From Oopsacas minuta (lineage: Eukaryota > Animalia > Porifera): 64,000 nt of DNA. Each line of letters begins with the position of its first letter. Position 1 is the stretch's first letter. A program made the position numbers and the translations under genes. Shown here piece after piece: positions 36,701-51,200 of this stretch. The notes beneath the pieces are model-generated. The model searched no databases. It was not told the DNA's origin and saw only the letters and a list, made by a program, of their open reading frames with translations. The DNA is taken from contig JAKMXF010000288.1 in NCBI GenBank assembly GCA_024704765.1, forward strand, positions 1-64,000, given 5' to 3'.

Positions 36701-38677
36701 TATCTGTTTGATTGTTATGTATTTCAGGAAAATACTTTAATTAATCTATCTTGCTGAGTGTATCATTCTTAGATAATTACAGTTTCTATGTAATTTATAA
36801 TTTACTGTGGTTTGTTTTTTCAATAATACAGCCAATTAATTACCATTCCAGTTCTTATCATTTGTTATCACACTGATATTGCAAAAATATATATTGGCAC
36901 ATTTTCTCTAACAAATATGAGTCTTTATTACTTCAGCAGGCGCTAGCTATCCCAATCAACGATGTGTAGAAATCATAGTACCTATTAGTGAAATTGTTGG
37001 ATTAATGGAGTTATACAATTACAATGGAACCTCGTTAATATGAACACTAACAGACGGACAAATATGTTCGTTTTATCCAGAGTAATACCAATTGAATAAC
37101 CATTGTTGGTGGGACTTGATTTTATGTAAGTATCTGTTTGCATTATCTGGAAATTCGTATTAGCCTGTTTGATAGAGTGTTCGTTTTACGAGGTTCCAAT
37201 GATGCAGGAAATCTGTGTAGACCTGATATACCAATCTGCCAAAATATATACTTAAGTACGAATATCTATAATTAAGATACAAGTATGAACCAGTATAAAC
37301 CAGTGGTTCTTATTGTGTTCCTCAGAACGTTATTAATTATGTCAGCAAAATGTCACTGGCATAAACAAACTCGCTTAAAATGCATTCAAGTTTTAGTTTC
37401 TGGACCTCTAGGAAATGTAAATGCTAAAAAGTCAAGAACTCCTTAAATAGCACCAATATTTAGATACGGTATTTGAGTCTACTTCGGCTTACTGGGTTTG
37501 CTTTAGCCCAAATATTGAAGTTTCAAGAAATTTAGATATTATTTAGTATCAAACTTCAAAATGGGAGGCAAATTTTAATATATCTGCCTTGTCATAGATG
37601 TATAATACAGGATCATATCGAGATTTCAAGAAAACTTCAATATTTGGGCTAAAGCAAACCCAGTGCGACAAAGTAGCCCCATTTTACGGTATACAGTCAG
37701 GTTGGCTTATGGTGAAAATTTCTTAATATGAACCAAGCCAGTGGCCCCTTTAAAATCATTCCCATAAGTTTGGTATAGAATAAGCTCTCTTAATATGAAG
37801 TCTGGGAACTTCTGGTAACGCAGTGAAAATAGAGCCAATTCCTAATCCCATACAAATGAGCCTCCACACATGGGGAATTTGGCATAAACAGGGAAACTGG
37901 GTAGCATTCTTCAGCCTCCCTGTCACCCCGTTCATGAAGGTTACACTGTTTATCTAGTTTTTGTACTTTTAGATTGGAGAGTCAACGAAAGTGCTCGTAA
38001 CGGAGATAGCTCATGATAAACTACACTATGTAGGACACAACAAGTATTATGAACAAGTAAGATATAATATCAGGAATATATTATTAATACAGATGCTTTT
38101 GAAGACATAACAGGAATTCTATAAAATTGTGATATCGTTGTATGTGTAAGATACGTAATACAATTTAGCAGAGCTAGATATACCAGATATAGTGATGGAT
38201 ATATTAATATATGAATACCAAGCAAGAGATGTTACATATACTTAATTGTTGATTTTGTCGAATACACATACACAATCTTTATTACCACTTTATCGGCTCA
38301 TGGTTCAAAACCTTATGCACCATGGCGATTGCAGGTCCCGTGACCGTTCAAACTTAATTTGGTAATCAGATTTTAGGATAAATGATTGGAATTAAATAAA
38401 GCATTGTATATAATTACAGGTACTTCTACCAATGAGAGAAGACATAATGGGAAAGCAAATTCAAGTTAGAATTTCCGGAGCAGGAAAACATCACATGGAT
38501 GGGATCTTGTCAAGTCAGTTTAGTGAAACTATTAACACATCTGGTGGCAATCCTCATAGGATTTCTCATCAAGTAAGTTTGAACTTTAAATCTAAAACAC
38601 TGATCATTCTGCTTTTGGCGACTAACTTAGTACTACTGAGCTGTATCAACTCATTCACTCATTCAAAAATGAGTTAA
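30731..38677 (+). CDS. CDKAL1: Threonylcarbamoyladenosine tRNA methylthiotransferase (radical SAM, MtaB/e-MtaB), 12 exons, ~536 aa
   Basis: Phase-consistent exons 30731-30986, 31561-31742, 32148-32196, 32357-32477, 33007-33110, 33577-33743, 34593-34738, 35399-35459, 35759-35878, 36117-36179, 37973-38056, 38420-38677. Motifs [42 protein letters not shown] (CxxxCxxC), [43 protein letters not shown] region. The last exon is ambiguous (donor at 38573 is possible). Confidence 0.93.
32913..32984. mobile_element. 72-bp hairpin mini-element in a CDKAL1 intron
   Basis: Inverted ends tcaggggaaaaccag / ctggtttctccctga. The inner motifs agatcccagagcgagga and tctgcctcaatg recur at 48950-49062. Confidence 0.6.
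37467..37689. mobile_element. pogo/Tc1-type MITE, second copy of the 9736-9949 family, in a CDKAL1 intron
   Basis: Inverted repeat actgggtttgctttagcccaaatattgaagtt / aacttcaatatttgggctaaagcaaacccagt, right end ccccattttacgg, TA flanks. Confidence 0.8.
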
Positions 38678-38969
38678 TTTACTAACTCATTTTTATAACT
38701 AAGAGTTAAACTCGAATCAATGAGTTGAACACACTGATTCATTGCAGGCACAGCGGAAGGAAAATAAATTGGTACATATTTTCCTATATCTTCCCAAATC
38801 TTGTGGCTAGCCATGCCGCCAGGCAGAGTTTCATCCAGGTTCTCGGGGTCATAAGCCTAAAACTGTATTCAAATCTTTTACACGCCCAGACTTTACACTT
38901 TCTATATGATATATAATTCTCGGCAAAATTGTTGATTTTGCCAACTCAATAAGAGTTGATGCATCCCTG
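38636..38969. mobile_element. MITE-like element overlapping the predicted CDKAL1 stop
   Basis: Imperfect inverted ends ctgagctgtatcaactc / gagttgatgcatccctg with internal aactca/tgagtt repeats. No TSD recognised. Confidence 0.5.
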
Positions 38970-41900
38970 GCCATTCGGACGAATGGCGGAGTTTAGCCCA
39001 CTATGAGCTAATGGGGGGCAAGATGATACCATAGCTGATGGGGGTTATAACAATCTTGTACGTATTATGGCTATTTTCAAGGATCAGGCTTCACATATGT
39101 TATCTTTTTCACAAAAGACTTACATACAGTATGGCCTGGATTTTAATTCTTCTGACAAATGAGTATTAGGGTGAACGACCATAAGTGGAAAAGAGTTATA
39201 TTCTGATAGATTTAGCCATAATATTTACTTTTAACGTGACACTATATAAACTTTAATTTTGTAATTTTTGCTAGATTAATCAGTATTTGATTTTTTAGAA
39301 ACCGAATTATTGAAAGAAAATATCTAACGTAACATTCTGTTTATTAGTTACACTAATTAACCTCAATGATAGTTTGCATTTTATAACATTCCATATATCC
39401 ATGTTGTAACCAAGGCTGGATTGTACCACAATACACTCTCTAAAAGGAAATAATTCATCAAGCACGTTCATATTTTTGGTCATTGAGGAATGTTTGCGGT
39501 TAATAAAATAATTGTTTGATTGGTTCCAGATGTTTCACACTTTTTTTTAATTCTATACTATTAATTTTGGTATTCCGTATATGTTATTAAGTATTCATAT
39601 CATAATTGTGTGCTGGAAGTACCCAATTGTGTTGTCGCATTGAGCGGAAAAGCACTGTCTAACGCAAAATGGTTTACTTTTATGTTGCCTGTCGATATTA
39701 TTGGTGAGATATTTAGCATTGAAAACCTATCCCATATCAGAATAATAATTGACATTTAATTAATCCAGGAAATTACCTTCACAACAGTCAAAAGTGGTTA
39801 GAAAAATCTCACCAAAATAAAGTCTTCTTTTTCTTTCTTTTCGAAATTTGTCAAGGCTCGTAGCAATGAAAATATATTGTAAGGCTAGCGCATTGACAGG
39901 CCGGCGGCCGCATCGCTTCCTACGGCCATACAACAGGACACCATAGCGAACTTACTAACTGGATTTTAACTGTATTTCTACTGCGAATAATTAGATTTTC
40001 AAATTTCACCTTTAACATTGCATTGATAGAAAAATGCAATTTTTCACCGGCTTTTGGATCTTCTTAGATATGAATAGAAATAGTTGCAAATTTTGGATAA
40101 TTTGATCTTCGCAAAATTCTTACTCTTATTCTGGAGTACATTTAACCAAAGTATATCCTTTCACATTACAAAATAGCCAAGAAGAGTTAACCCAAAGTTA
40201 CAAATTTCGTCTCATTTTGCGCTACGTAATGTTTGAACTACCAATGGCTGTATTATATGGAGAATTTCTTTCAAGTTTAATCAGAGACAAATAACTTGCT
40301 ATAACAGGATTCTAATTGTTAGGTACCTGTAATGATGTATAATGGCGCTTTTAGGGTAACTGCTATTAAGTTTATCTAACAATTGAATTTAGAATTCTTA
40401 CTATTTGTGAGTTTTCCCACAAACACTTTATTTACAATACATCCACATATCTAAGCCTGCTTTTCTTTGTATTGTCAGATTACAAGAAGATATAATTTTT
40501 ACTATATCAATAAAGAAATATGAAACTAATCAAGACAAATCTGAAATATTTGTGAAAATTATCCTAGGTCGAGTTTTCCTAAAGGATGAGTTTCCACGGA
40601 CCGCACTTACTCACACTTTTCAAAAGATTCTTGCACTATTTTTATGTTTTTCTCGGATTAGTCTGAGCTCTAGCCTATAGGTTGAAGATGTTAAGAGCAA
40701 TTACGATTCGTATATACTATATAGGAATCCAAAATTTCAATTACAAGTTAGTACAAATTCCAATCTTGAAGTTTAGGATACAATCCAGCTACCCCAATTA
40801 TGCCCCTGAATGTTTAATAATGCGTAATGACTATCTTTCCTTGATAAACTTTGTTTTCTAGGATAGCGTTTCTCACAAAAGAAGAATATATTATTATTTC
40901 ATATTATTTGTATTATTTGTATTTGTTTTGCTACTTCAGTTTGGATATGTTAATTAAGTAATTGTGTATAAATAAATTTTCTATTCACTTGAGCTGATTC
41001 ATAATTGTTATTATTGTTTATTTGCCATATTTAATTATTGAGTTAATTAATTATATTGGTTTGCAGTTCAGGGACGTACCTTGGGAAGGTGGTGCTCGGG
41101 TCTAAGGTTCAGGACTGCCCACTTCCAGAATATTTAGATGGTGGATAATATTTCTATATTCTCTACAACCTCAAGGCGAAACTACGTTTGAGAAAAACTT
41201 TCCTTCTAACTATAATTTGTCTTTATATTTCCTTGCCGAGCTATGCATTTATACTACTTTTGGGAGGTTTTTTAGCCGAATTTTCGCGGGCGAAGATATA
41301 TGTATATGTATTAGCTGAAATTCATGCGCCTTTGAGCATAGATCCAAACCTTCTACCCTCCAATTGCTGGTCATCAACCTTACAGTAAAATATAGCCCTG
41401 CAATTGTATTAGTTTACTAAGAAAATATGAATACAGTAAACTCCCGATACATCGAGATAATGAGAGACCGAAACACCGCTTATATCTAATCTGGAATTGT
41501 ACAAATATGGTCCTTAACAATATATAAATTTCATTGGTAAGCACGAAATAGTAGAAATATGAAAATATAATAATACGTGATCTTTGAAGGAGAAAATTTG
41601 CAGGGCAAAAGTAGGTACAAAACAAATATTATTTGCTATAAGAAAAGTCTCAACAATGTGTGTACATCTGTCTCTAACCGTTTATGTGTTAATAACTCAA
41701 AAGAGCAGACAATATGACTACCCTGCCAAAATACGCCCGTTGCTACGAGGTTTCCATTTTGTGTAAAAATAAGCACAACTTCATGGTGATGTTAGTGGCA
41801 TGCAAATATGTGAAGTTACATAACTTTTGATCTAAAATGTTAGTACAACTTCAAAGTCCGAATTTAGTCGTAATTCGTATTTGTGATGATGCACATAAAA

Positions 41901-43669
41901 TGAGAAACAAGGTACAAAGCGTAAACACGAGAAGTATTACATGTTTACTGCCTGGATATCATCGAGCTGGTTGTTGAATCATATACTGGCACATCATGTA
42001 TAATTAGATATGATTGTATATGTGAAAAGACATGAGGTAGGCTAATGACTGCATGAACTTTGAACTAAGTTATTATGATTAAGGGGTTTGTGATTAAATG
42101 TTGCTCTGTTGATTTAGTTAGCTTTATTAACTTTGTTAAAAAGGCTGACCTCGGGGACTTACCATTAGCTTTCCGATGTCGACTGACATAGATATCAAAC
42201 TTTTATTGATAATTAACACAGATGCTGCCGAAGTTTTACACGAATAATGTTACTTTTTTTCGAAATTCGCTGATGAATCTTTCTAATCAGTATTTTGCTA
42301 ATTGCTACATACAAATCCTCCATGGTTGTCGTCGTTAAACAGGTTCCCGGAGGTGTCAAGGTTGCTTGAATAGATACTCATTTGATTATAACAATCGGAC
42401 AGCTCATTAAAACTCGATAAGATATTTCTAATACGTATTATCAATTCTGGCATAATTCCACCCATATCGTATTATTTAGCTTCATAGCGCAGTCATTCTC
42501 TATCAAAATTAAGCATATACATTTTACAGAATTGAATTTTCATTCTAGAAATTTCTGATCTAACGTGTCTCTTAACTTCCTATCGAGTTTGAGAAAGTGG
42601 CTGAAATATGTCCAGATCGCCAATCTCCTATAATACCTTATATTTGCTACCCTACCCTCAGGGGACTACTATTCTAGGAGATACGGGGAATTACTGTATA
42701 AGTGTACTTACACAAGGTATAGTTATGATTTATCCTAAGCAGAGTTGTCAAATCCAATTTAGAGAACTAATCAATTATCGATTTTGCTGAATTGTGTTTC
42801 GATGTGGATTACTTAAATTTGGATCGATTGGCTTGAATTGGCAACCTGAGGTAGCAGTAGATTAATAACTATTCGAGTAAGGAAAATATTCAGTGAAAGT
42901 GATTAGTTAATTAATCCCTCAAGGGGCGATTATCAAGTCAGTTTATTTAAGCAGAGGCTAGAATTCGAGAAAACACAGTCAGGGGAGGAGTGGGACTAAG
43001 GCGGCCTGAACCCATTCTTTTGTATTATTGTCTGTAAATATATGGCAAATACCCCGGACACCCCTGCAATCTAAGCCCCCTTTAATAATCCTGGTCGAGC
43101 ATCAATAGAACTTCCTACACATGATATTACTAAATTAATGGAAAAGAATGTTTATATTTCATAGTTCATGTAATTCTATAATTATGCTCCTTATCGACCA
43201 GTCTATCCAATTTTTAGATAATATTGAGTTTTTCAGATCAATATGACACTAGTCAAATATTTGGGAGAATAATTTGCATATTTACACATTTGTAGTGTGT
43301 GACATGAAACAAGTCATTGCACAATCATATATGAAACTAATATACTTAATATTTGTCTTTGTTCCTATAGTTATGTAATCAATTTCAAATATTTAGAAGA
43401 CTTTCATAAAGATTGCGTAATGTATATATTACTTGTGAATATGCCAGTCATTGTTTGTTAATTTCACCTATGACAACAAATTTGTTAGACAACTCAAAAC
43501 CGTTCATCTCCATTTCATTAAATATAGCATGCTAATTCTACAATAATTATAGCTTAGCAATTCTACTCGTAGAACCCAGCTCTACTGATAACTTGAAGTG
43601 AATTGCACTAGGTTTGTGCACTGGTCAGATTTGATTAATTTCTCTCTATGTTGTTTCCACGCGTATAAA

Positions 43670-45238
43670 TCACTTTTTATGTGTAGTTACCACTGGGTTC
43701 TGGTCGAGTTGAGCGTATACTACGTTGCGTATTTGCATGTTCGCCTGCCCATTCTTGCTTTTGTCCGTTGCATTCTGTTGAATATAGAGGCCGGCTATAG
43801 GTTGTAGCTTATTGGCCTCAGAAGTATTGATAGTTACATACTGGACTTTATCCTGCTTTTGGTGTATAACAGTACCAGAATTGATCCTACTCCCAGTTGC
43901 GTTTGATAATGCTATCGAGTTTGCTGGTATATGATATTGTCCATCAGATGATTGAGATATAATGTATGATTCCTGTTGTTGTTGTTGTGGCTGTTGAGAC
44001 TGTGTTTGATGTAACACAATTTGTTGTTTAGTTAACAACTCACTGTAACGATCAAACTCTCTTTCATCACTTTCAACATCTCTTATAAGTCCATTCAAGT
44101 GAGCAACTAATGCATTTCTATGCTCTTTCATCTGTTGAGCTGAATCGCATGCTTCGCAGAAGAAAGCAGATTTTGAGCCCTGCCATCCTGACCCGAAATC
44201 GCTCCCACAAGTGAGACATACAACTCTGTGTTGTTTGTGTCGGGTGGAGAAACAATCGGTCTCACCTGTGACGTATAAAACAGCTTCTTCCAGGCCTACT
44301 GCGTATTGGAAGTTTGTATCAGCGAATGGAATAATCGGCCAGACCTGTCGCTGTGTGGGTGGCAGCTGTGCTTTTATTAGTTTCCTCTCAATCATTTTGC
44401 TCAGATTCTTTTTGGGATGATTATGCTTTGATAGGAATAGGTTAGGATGTTTGGCAGTAGGGAGGGGTATAGAGTATCGTTGTGCTATGTTCCTAACTTT
44501 TATTTGAAGTTCTTGTAATTCTCTGAATTCTCCAGGCTCTAATCCATTCGGACTTAGTGTCTCTGCCACGAGAGGTAACGTGTTTTGATGCAGTTTATCT
44601 GTGTGCAATGAACCATGGATGATTGTGGGTTTCGATCCAATGCGATCCTGTTTGGAAGCTTCACTGCTTGGTCGTGATATGAGAATATTACTATGTTTGC
44701 TGTGATTGTCAGAATTGATTAGAATTGCTGGGTTCATTGTATTTTTATTGACTTCATTTGCAGCGTGTATTATGATGGGTTTTCTCATCTTGTTCGGCGT
44801 GGAGTTATGATAAGAGGAAGGGATTGTTGCGAATTGAGTAGGCTGTGACGTCACAATCTTTTGAGATTGTATTTGTAGCATAAGTTTGAGTTTTGCTTCT
44901 TCTTCTTCGATTTGCCTTTTGAGAACTTCGATATCTGAATTGGGCAATTCCTCGATTTTAGCTAGTTTTGATTTGTTTGTCTCGTCATTATCAGCTACTA
45001 CAATGTAATTACGTTTGTTGGCAGCAATTGAGTTATGTATTATGTTTGTGCGGGGTGATGATGAATGATTTGGGGTAGAAATCCCCGATTCTATCAAAAT
45101 AGGGTTCTGGAAATCACGTAGCAGAGTTTCTGGTACTTTTAGGGGTTTGGAGGGTGTTACCGTGTTGGTCACAATTGGTTGTAAGCCCTGATTGGTCGAA
45201 ATAGGTTGTAGTCCAGATGTGGTCTGATCCGTTGCCAT
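43670..45238 (-). CDS. GATAD2: Transcriptional repressor p66 (NuRD subunit GATAD2A/B homologue), 522 aa, intronless
   Basis: CR1 coiled coil LKRQIEEEEAKLKLMLQIQ; CR2 LSKMIERKLIKAQLPP...FQYAVGLEEAV; GATA-like finger CLTC-x16-CEAC followed by KEHRNAL...ESDEREFD; Q-rich tail. Confidence 0.85.
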   Translation of the reverse strand: MATDQTTSGLQPISTNQGLQPIVTNTVTPSKPLKVPETLLRDFQNPILIESGISTPNHSSSPRTNIIHNSIAANKRNYIVVADNDETNKSKLAKIEELPNSDIEVLKRQIEEEEAKLKLMLQIQSQKIVTSQPTQFATIPSSYHNSTPNKMRKPIIIHAANEVNKNTMNPAILINSDNHSKHSNILISRPSSEASKQDRIGSKPTIIHGSLHTDKLHQNTLPLVAETLSPNGLEPGEFRELQELQIKVRNIAQRYSIPLPTAKHPNLFLSKHNHPKKNLSKMIERKLIKAQLPPTQRQVWPIIPFADTNFQYAVGLEEAVLYVTGETDCFSTRHKQHRVVCLTCGSDFGSGWQGSKSAFFCEACDSAQQMKEHRNALVAHLNGLIRDVESDEREFDRYSELLTKQQIVLHQTQSQQPQQQQQESYIISQSSDGQYHIPANSIALSNATGSRINSGTVIHQKQDKVQYVTINTSEANKLQPIAGLYIQQNATDKSKNGQANMQIRNVVYAQLDQNPVVTTHKK

Positions 45239-48200
45239 CGTCGCTTGTATCGTTTTAGTATTTATCAGAAATAGCTACGTTTGAAAATGAATTGCTTTGT
45301 AATAACAGTATACCGTGAAAGCCTATAATTGGTAGATTGTGTTATTTATACATAAGTTACCACATTGAAGCCAACTGTCTAAATTCCATTAAGCTTGCCT
45401 TGTTACCAAGATCTCACTATACCCAGTGACATATGATAAGTATTCGTTTCTCAGGAATTATTATGTTAATTTCAACCACAAAATTGATTAGAGTTATTTT
45501 TGTGAAAATTTGTTTGTTGTATTTTCGAAAAATGCGTGAAATTTGTTGAAAATCAATTCCAATTTGGATTTTTTTTAATGGAAAGAATTTCTGAGATATA
45601 GACAATACAATTTGCATAATTTCCTGATAAGCCTAATTGCATATGTGAAAAGAATAATCATTAAGTCAGTGGATCCGTGACCACAATTGCCCTGATTAAA
45701 AATTTACTAAGCAATCCTTTACAAATGGCTGCAAAGGTATTTTAATGACAAGCAGTCATTTTGCTATGAGATTTGCTCAAATGAGTGAGCAATGCATTTG
45801 GAAGGGTAGGTTCTCCATTGGGCTTGTCCTTGGAACTTAGTTTAGTGTATTACATTTTGCCCTAGCAATGTAGTAGCATGTGTGGCTTGGATAATAACAA
45901 GGGGTATTTATGGAGAGCAAATTTGTGTTGTTAATCTTGTAAAATATGCAAAGTTAGATATAGTATCCTTATCTGTTCATTGAAGTTTAGTGACAATAAT
46001 TAGACATATCTATTTCGAATTAGCCCAAAAACAACAAACTACAGTCGACAATATACAATTATTCGAAGAAATTAGTTCTATGTGTTTTTCCTTAAATCCC
46101 CTAAGCTCATATTTTAGAATGTATACACCTTGTGCACTTTCCATTTGTGTTAAATTTACTCCAATTAAGATTATGACGAAGCCCTTAAATTCCTAAGCCC
46201 CATGACTGTAACTATGATCAAGATTCTGATACAATAGTGTATATACTACATGCAAATGAATATCTTACGTTCAAATGGATTTTGATTGTGTAACATACAC
46301 ATACATTTCTATATACTTTTCTTTGAATTTGCATTTGGCGGTATTACACAGTTTTTAATTTCATGTGAATTCTCAGAGTCACCGTAATTCCCCGTAATTC
46401 TATAGATTGTAATTTGAGATTTTTCGGCAACTCTTGCAAAATATCATTTACAGGATACATTATCCGTATTTATACTGTTTATTGGTACTGTACGGAGAAA
46501 AAGAGACAGAAAATTTGTCCAAAATCACACGTCCAAAGGAGCGTACCGAGATAAAACCTTATACACAATTGAATAAATATATGTAGAATCTCGCTTAATG
46601 CGAAACCAAGGGACCGTCGAAATTTGTCCACCTCATCCGGAATTCGTATTACCTGAAGTGATTACTAGTAACAACACATTAAAGAGAACTGAAACTTGTA
46701 TGTCTTATTCGAGTTTCGTATTAGCGACTATAACGATTAGCGGGGCATGGGGCATACCTTAGAGATTATACTTATGCCTCAAACCATTGAAATTTGCATC
46801 TATAATTGAGGACTTCTACGATGAATTTCTTGAATAATCAATTTTTGTGGTAAATTCGAAAAAAAACACGTATTTATCACTTAAATAAATTGATTATTTT
46901 GGGTTTCTCAGAAGAGAATTTGTTCCGAATTGTTATTCGACCAACAACCTTAAGGCATATTATAATAATCAAATATTGTAGAAAAACAGTCGTTGGAGGA
47001 AGTGGCTATACATATTGATTCAAAACTTTCTGGTAAAGTAAACTTACATTTGAAATTACCAATGGGTGAGTGGGGGGTTGTCAGTAGATTTCCGACCCAA
47101 CCTCCCCCACTTATAGAAGTTCTACTGTAGTATTAAATGTTAGAATCTTTACAAATTTCGCTGCCAACATAATTATGTCACCCCCTAAAAATCCTTGTTT
47201 CGTTTTGTCTTAGATTTTAAGATTTCTAAAATTTAAGAGAAACGATCATTAATTCATATTTTCGCTTATGTTTGAGTTTTGACATTCTATAACCATGAAC
47301 AAGCATGTGCTCCAATTCACTTCGTTATGAATCACATAAATTCCCCAGAAATTTATTAATGACAAGGCAAAACGAGATTGTGTTCACATACGTAAGTCTC
47401 ACTTTGGATGGGTGAGACTTAACATCTATGTGTAAGCAAGATATTCCCAGAGGAGTTTAATCTAGTATACTACGTCACTATTCTTAATCAATAATTACCT
47501 GTCTTAATAAGTTAATCTAATTTGAGTACTCAACATTTCTAGAGGCAGAAACTAATAGAATCAGAACTGATGGATAATTCCGTTCGATACAGGAAATCAG
47601 CATACTGGTATTACGTAATTAATTAATATTAACAAGTAGCATGACACTTCGTAAGAATTGCTGTAAATAGATGATGTGTCCGAATATTGAGGTGTATATA
47701 TATATATTTTTAGAAATTTAATTAGCGGTTACAAAGAAAAATATATTATTTAATTATTCATTATCGACATATCGTACGTAAGCTATAGTTTTATCAAAGT
47801 GCTTATTTTAACGAGAATTTATATGACCGTTGATGTCAAAGAATAGAAATATGTCAATCAGTCGCGGATATGGGCTCAAATTCATATTTAATGGTCATAG
47901 GGTGAGCCCATTCCAATAAAGTCCCATTTAATCCCATTTTCTCTAAAAGGGATACACAGGGTAAAGTGAGGCAGCATTTGGTGGAAATGTTCACACAAGG
48001 TATAGAAAATTTTGTACTGTCCGCTCGGATGCCATAAATCAGGAATGTGAACGTGGTAAATCGAGCCACATTTGACAATAACTATATTTTGAGTCTTGGA
48101 AAGCTGAAAATTGAGGCTTTTCTATTCCTAGCCAAGAGGAATTTTCCAGATATAATTTGGAAATATGATATAGATTTCGTAATCAGAGCATTAAAATAAT

Positions 48201-51200
48201 CCTATTAGAGTTTGTTATCAAGATAAGGGTCTCGTTTCATTATGCCTTCTAAAAACACAAATGATTCAAATATCGATCCTAACAATTTTTTGGGTATAAT
48301 TTACATATAAATGTTCATTGAAATAGCGTTTACTCATAGTTACTATAATTCCACAAATATTTTGAGAAATGTCAAATTACCTTTTGCATGATAATATAGC
48401 GATAGAAAACTACCCGTTGATTCCACCAGTTCACACCGATTTTACCGACTTGGTTGGACCTATTCTAACAGAATATCGATTGAACAGAAGAATTCGATCA
48501 TAATTTAGATAACTAGCCTGATAATTGCCAAATTCTATCCAAAGCCACAATAGCATATAAGGTACAGAGTAACGCATAATTCGAGAAGCCTTTAAAATAA
48601 ATGGAGGTGGCTAGATAATATATATATTAACTCACTTAAATAAAATATTATTTAAGTTGAAGTCAGAAATATTTATTTCCAATTTACTGTCGACTCGGCT
48701 TAATTGGGCCGGACGTGTTCATTACAGGAAGTTTGTCACGTTTAAGCGGAGGTGATGTGTTCTAAAGTATTAGTTTGTTGGTTACAAAACGCCAAATTAG
48801 CAAAAGTAATTGCTTACTTGTCAATTTAGAAAAATAATTATGCAACAAATATGGATGTAATTCGAACTATCTTACTTGTAGTCTATACACTCCTATAGAA
48901 CTTAATACAACACTTTGTAGACCGAATAAATCCTTTTCAACGAATTGCTGGCAAGTAACTAGAGATCCCAGAGCGAGGATGGATATTTGCCTTAATATAA
49001 TGGCGATTACAAAAGGGAGAGGAGGCAAAACTGTCTCCTCTGCCTCAATGCTAGTTACGCCCTAGAATTGGGGAATTGTTTCTGAGAATGACTTTGGGCA
49101 ACACTACACAAATAGACTCTAGTCTACATTTATTCAAGTAATTATTCAAAATAATAATAATTACGTATTCTACAGTAACCTGACGCTCTCCGTGATTAAC
49201 TCATTATTCGGAAAACCGTGCGTATGACATGGTTTAGTTAATGACGAAGAGCTTCAGGTTGCCAATTCTCCTGAGGATCAAATATTTAAAGAGAAAATTC
49301 AGAGGATACCCCTTCTTCGGATTCCTTATAGGGAACATTGTTTCGTTGAAACGGACTTATTTGAGAGGGACAGACAATATTTGCCAAAATCGGATTTCGT
49401 ATTAACCAGAGTCTTCGTAGAAATTACAACTTACGAATTATAAAAATATCAAACATCGAAAAATATAAATACTTACACCCATACATTACAAATCAAAAAA
49501 AACTACAAACTTTCAAATACAGAAGTTATGCATATTAGTGAATAGAGAAATTAAAATCCACCTCATTGGCGTAGCCATATATAGAGTTTGGTTATAAAAC
49601 TTAACAGTACAAATTTAAGGGTTTCACATTTCATCATTTGGGACTGAACCACGATTAATATTCTAACACAACTGTGCTATATAATTAACTTAGTTGATTG
49701 TTACTAATATTGCAATAATGTGTGAGCAACGAATACACATTTAAATTGTTATTAATAGAAACTGAATTGCTTCCTTTTAGATATTATATATGGAACTAAT
49801 TAGTGTATTTTTATTCCGCATACGTATCAGAACTTCCATAAGCAGTTTCTTTTGGAACTGAAAAATTTTTCAGTTGCTTTAGATATTAGAACTTGTGTAC
49901 TATTGGAACATTAATAGATTTTGTTATCACTGGAATTGAGTGAAAACACTGAAAATACACCAATTTGTGCATCTTTGTCTACATTTTCCTTGACTGTAGA
50001 GCCACCTATATATCTTTCTGTTCATGTGATTCTATAGCTGTAGAAATATTTGTCTTGTTTGTGTAATTTAAAGAATATTCTGAATAAGACTTGAGTTATC
50101 TGTATAGTTGAGAATTCATAGTTTGTGGTATGCATAGGATCAAAATTAACAGCTGATTATTGTATATTCTTCAGAAATTGCGTATAATTCGCGATTAAAA
50201 AGCGAATTTTGTCCATAAATTTGCTGAAACCAATTCAAAAGGATGTTTATAATTCTACATATCTAATAAACCCTAAGTGTCTAAATGAGTTTTACCAGTT
50301 TTGCGACAGATAATCAGAACAGCTGTAGTGAGACAGAATAATTGTATCCTCGTCTCGCTAATTGCTAAAACATTATTTTGTACCAATTGTGAGCAGTACT
50401 CTACAGATAGCGAAGAGATTGTTCATATTAGTGATTTTGTTCAGATAATAATTGCGCCTAATAAATACAGTAGATAGCAAATATTGTATATATCACGTAC
50501 GGTCAAAAGTATAGAAATTTAATCTCCAGCAGAATTGTATATACATTTGGTTTTCGGTCATTTCGGGTCATTTTCCTATATTATACCTGTAAATACTCTG
50601 TTCGGATTAACATCTGTGCATTTTACTTACTAATATTGCAATATAACAAAATATATCTTTTGTCCAAAACTATTGCCTTTGAATTTATTGTTATGGAATC
50701 ATTTCCTAAAAAGTATAACAAACCTTAAGTATGTGTAACGATAAAACTATGAAAACGAATACAATGAAAATGATTGAAAAACAAAATTTCTTCAGATTTA
50801 AATCTTTAAAAATATAATTAGACCTTCGGGCGCTCATTGAAATACTCACATTCTATTGAATTACTTCTGGTGCCATGGTTACGCTAAAGTATGGCAGGGA
50901 AATAAAGATCCAAAAATTATCCTCGGTTCTATCTGACAATAGACTATCGATTTGATTTTATATAACTAAAAATTTAAGTTTCATTTTATCGGATCATTGT
51001 TATGAAATATGAATAACTGTGGGGCGCTAATATCTTGTTTTATTAATTTCTTCTATTTGTAAATATTGATAGAGCAAAGTTTTACAACTTTTCATATACA
51101 TTTCATCCGCTTCTGATTCAACCAGATGGGCAGTCCTTTAAAATAGGACTGCTCATCCGGAGCGCCATTCTTTGGAGTGCGCCCCTTTAATCTCTGCTTA

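Noticed and set aside
41900-42700. Minus-strand fragments faintly resembling a hAT transposase (CLILIEND, ELIIRIR, TTTTMEDLY)
   Set aside because: Too degraded and spread over several frames to support without a profile search.
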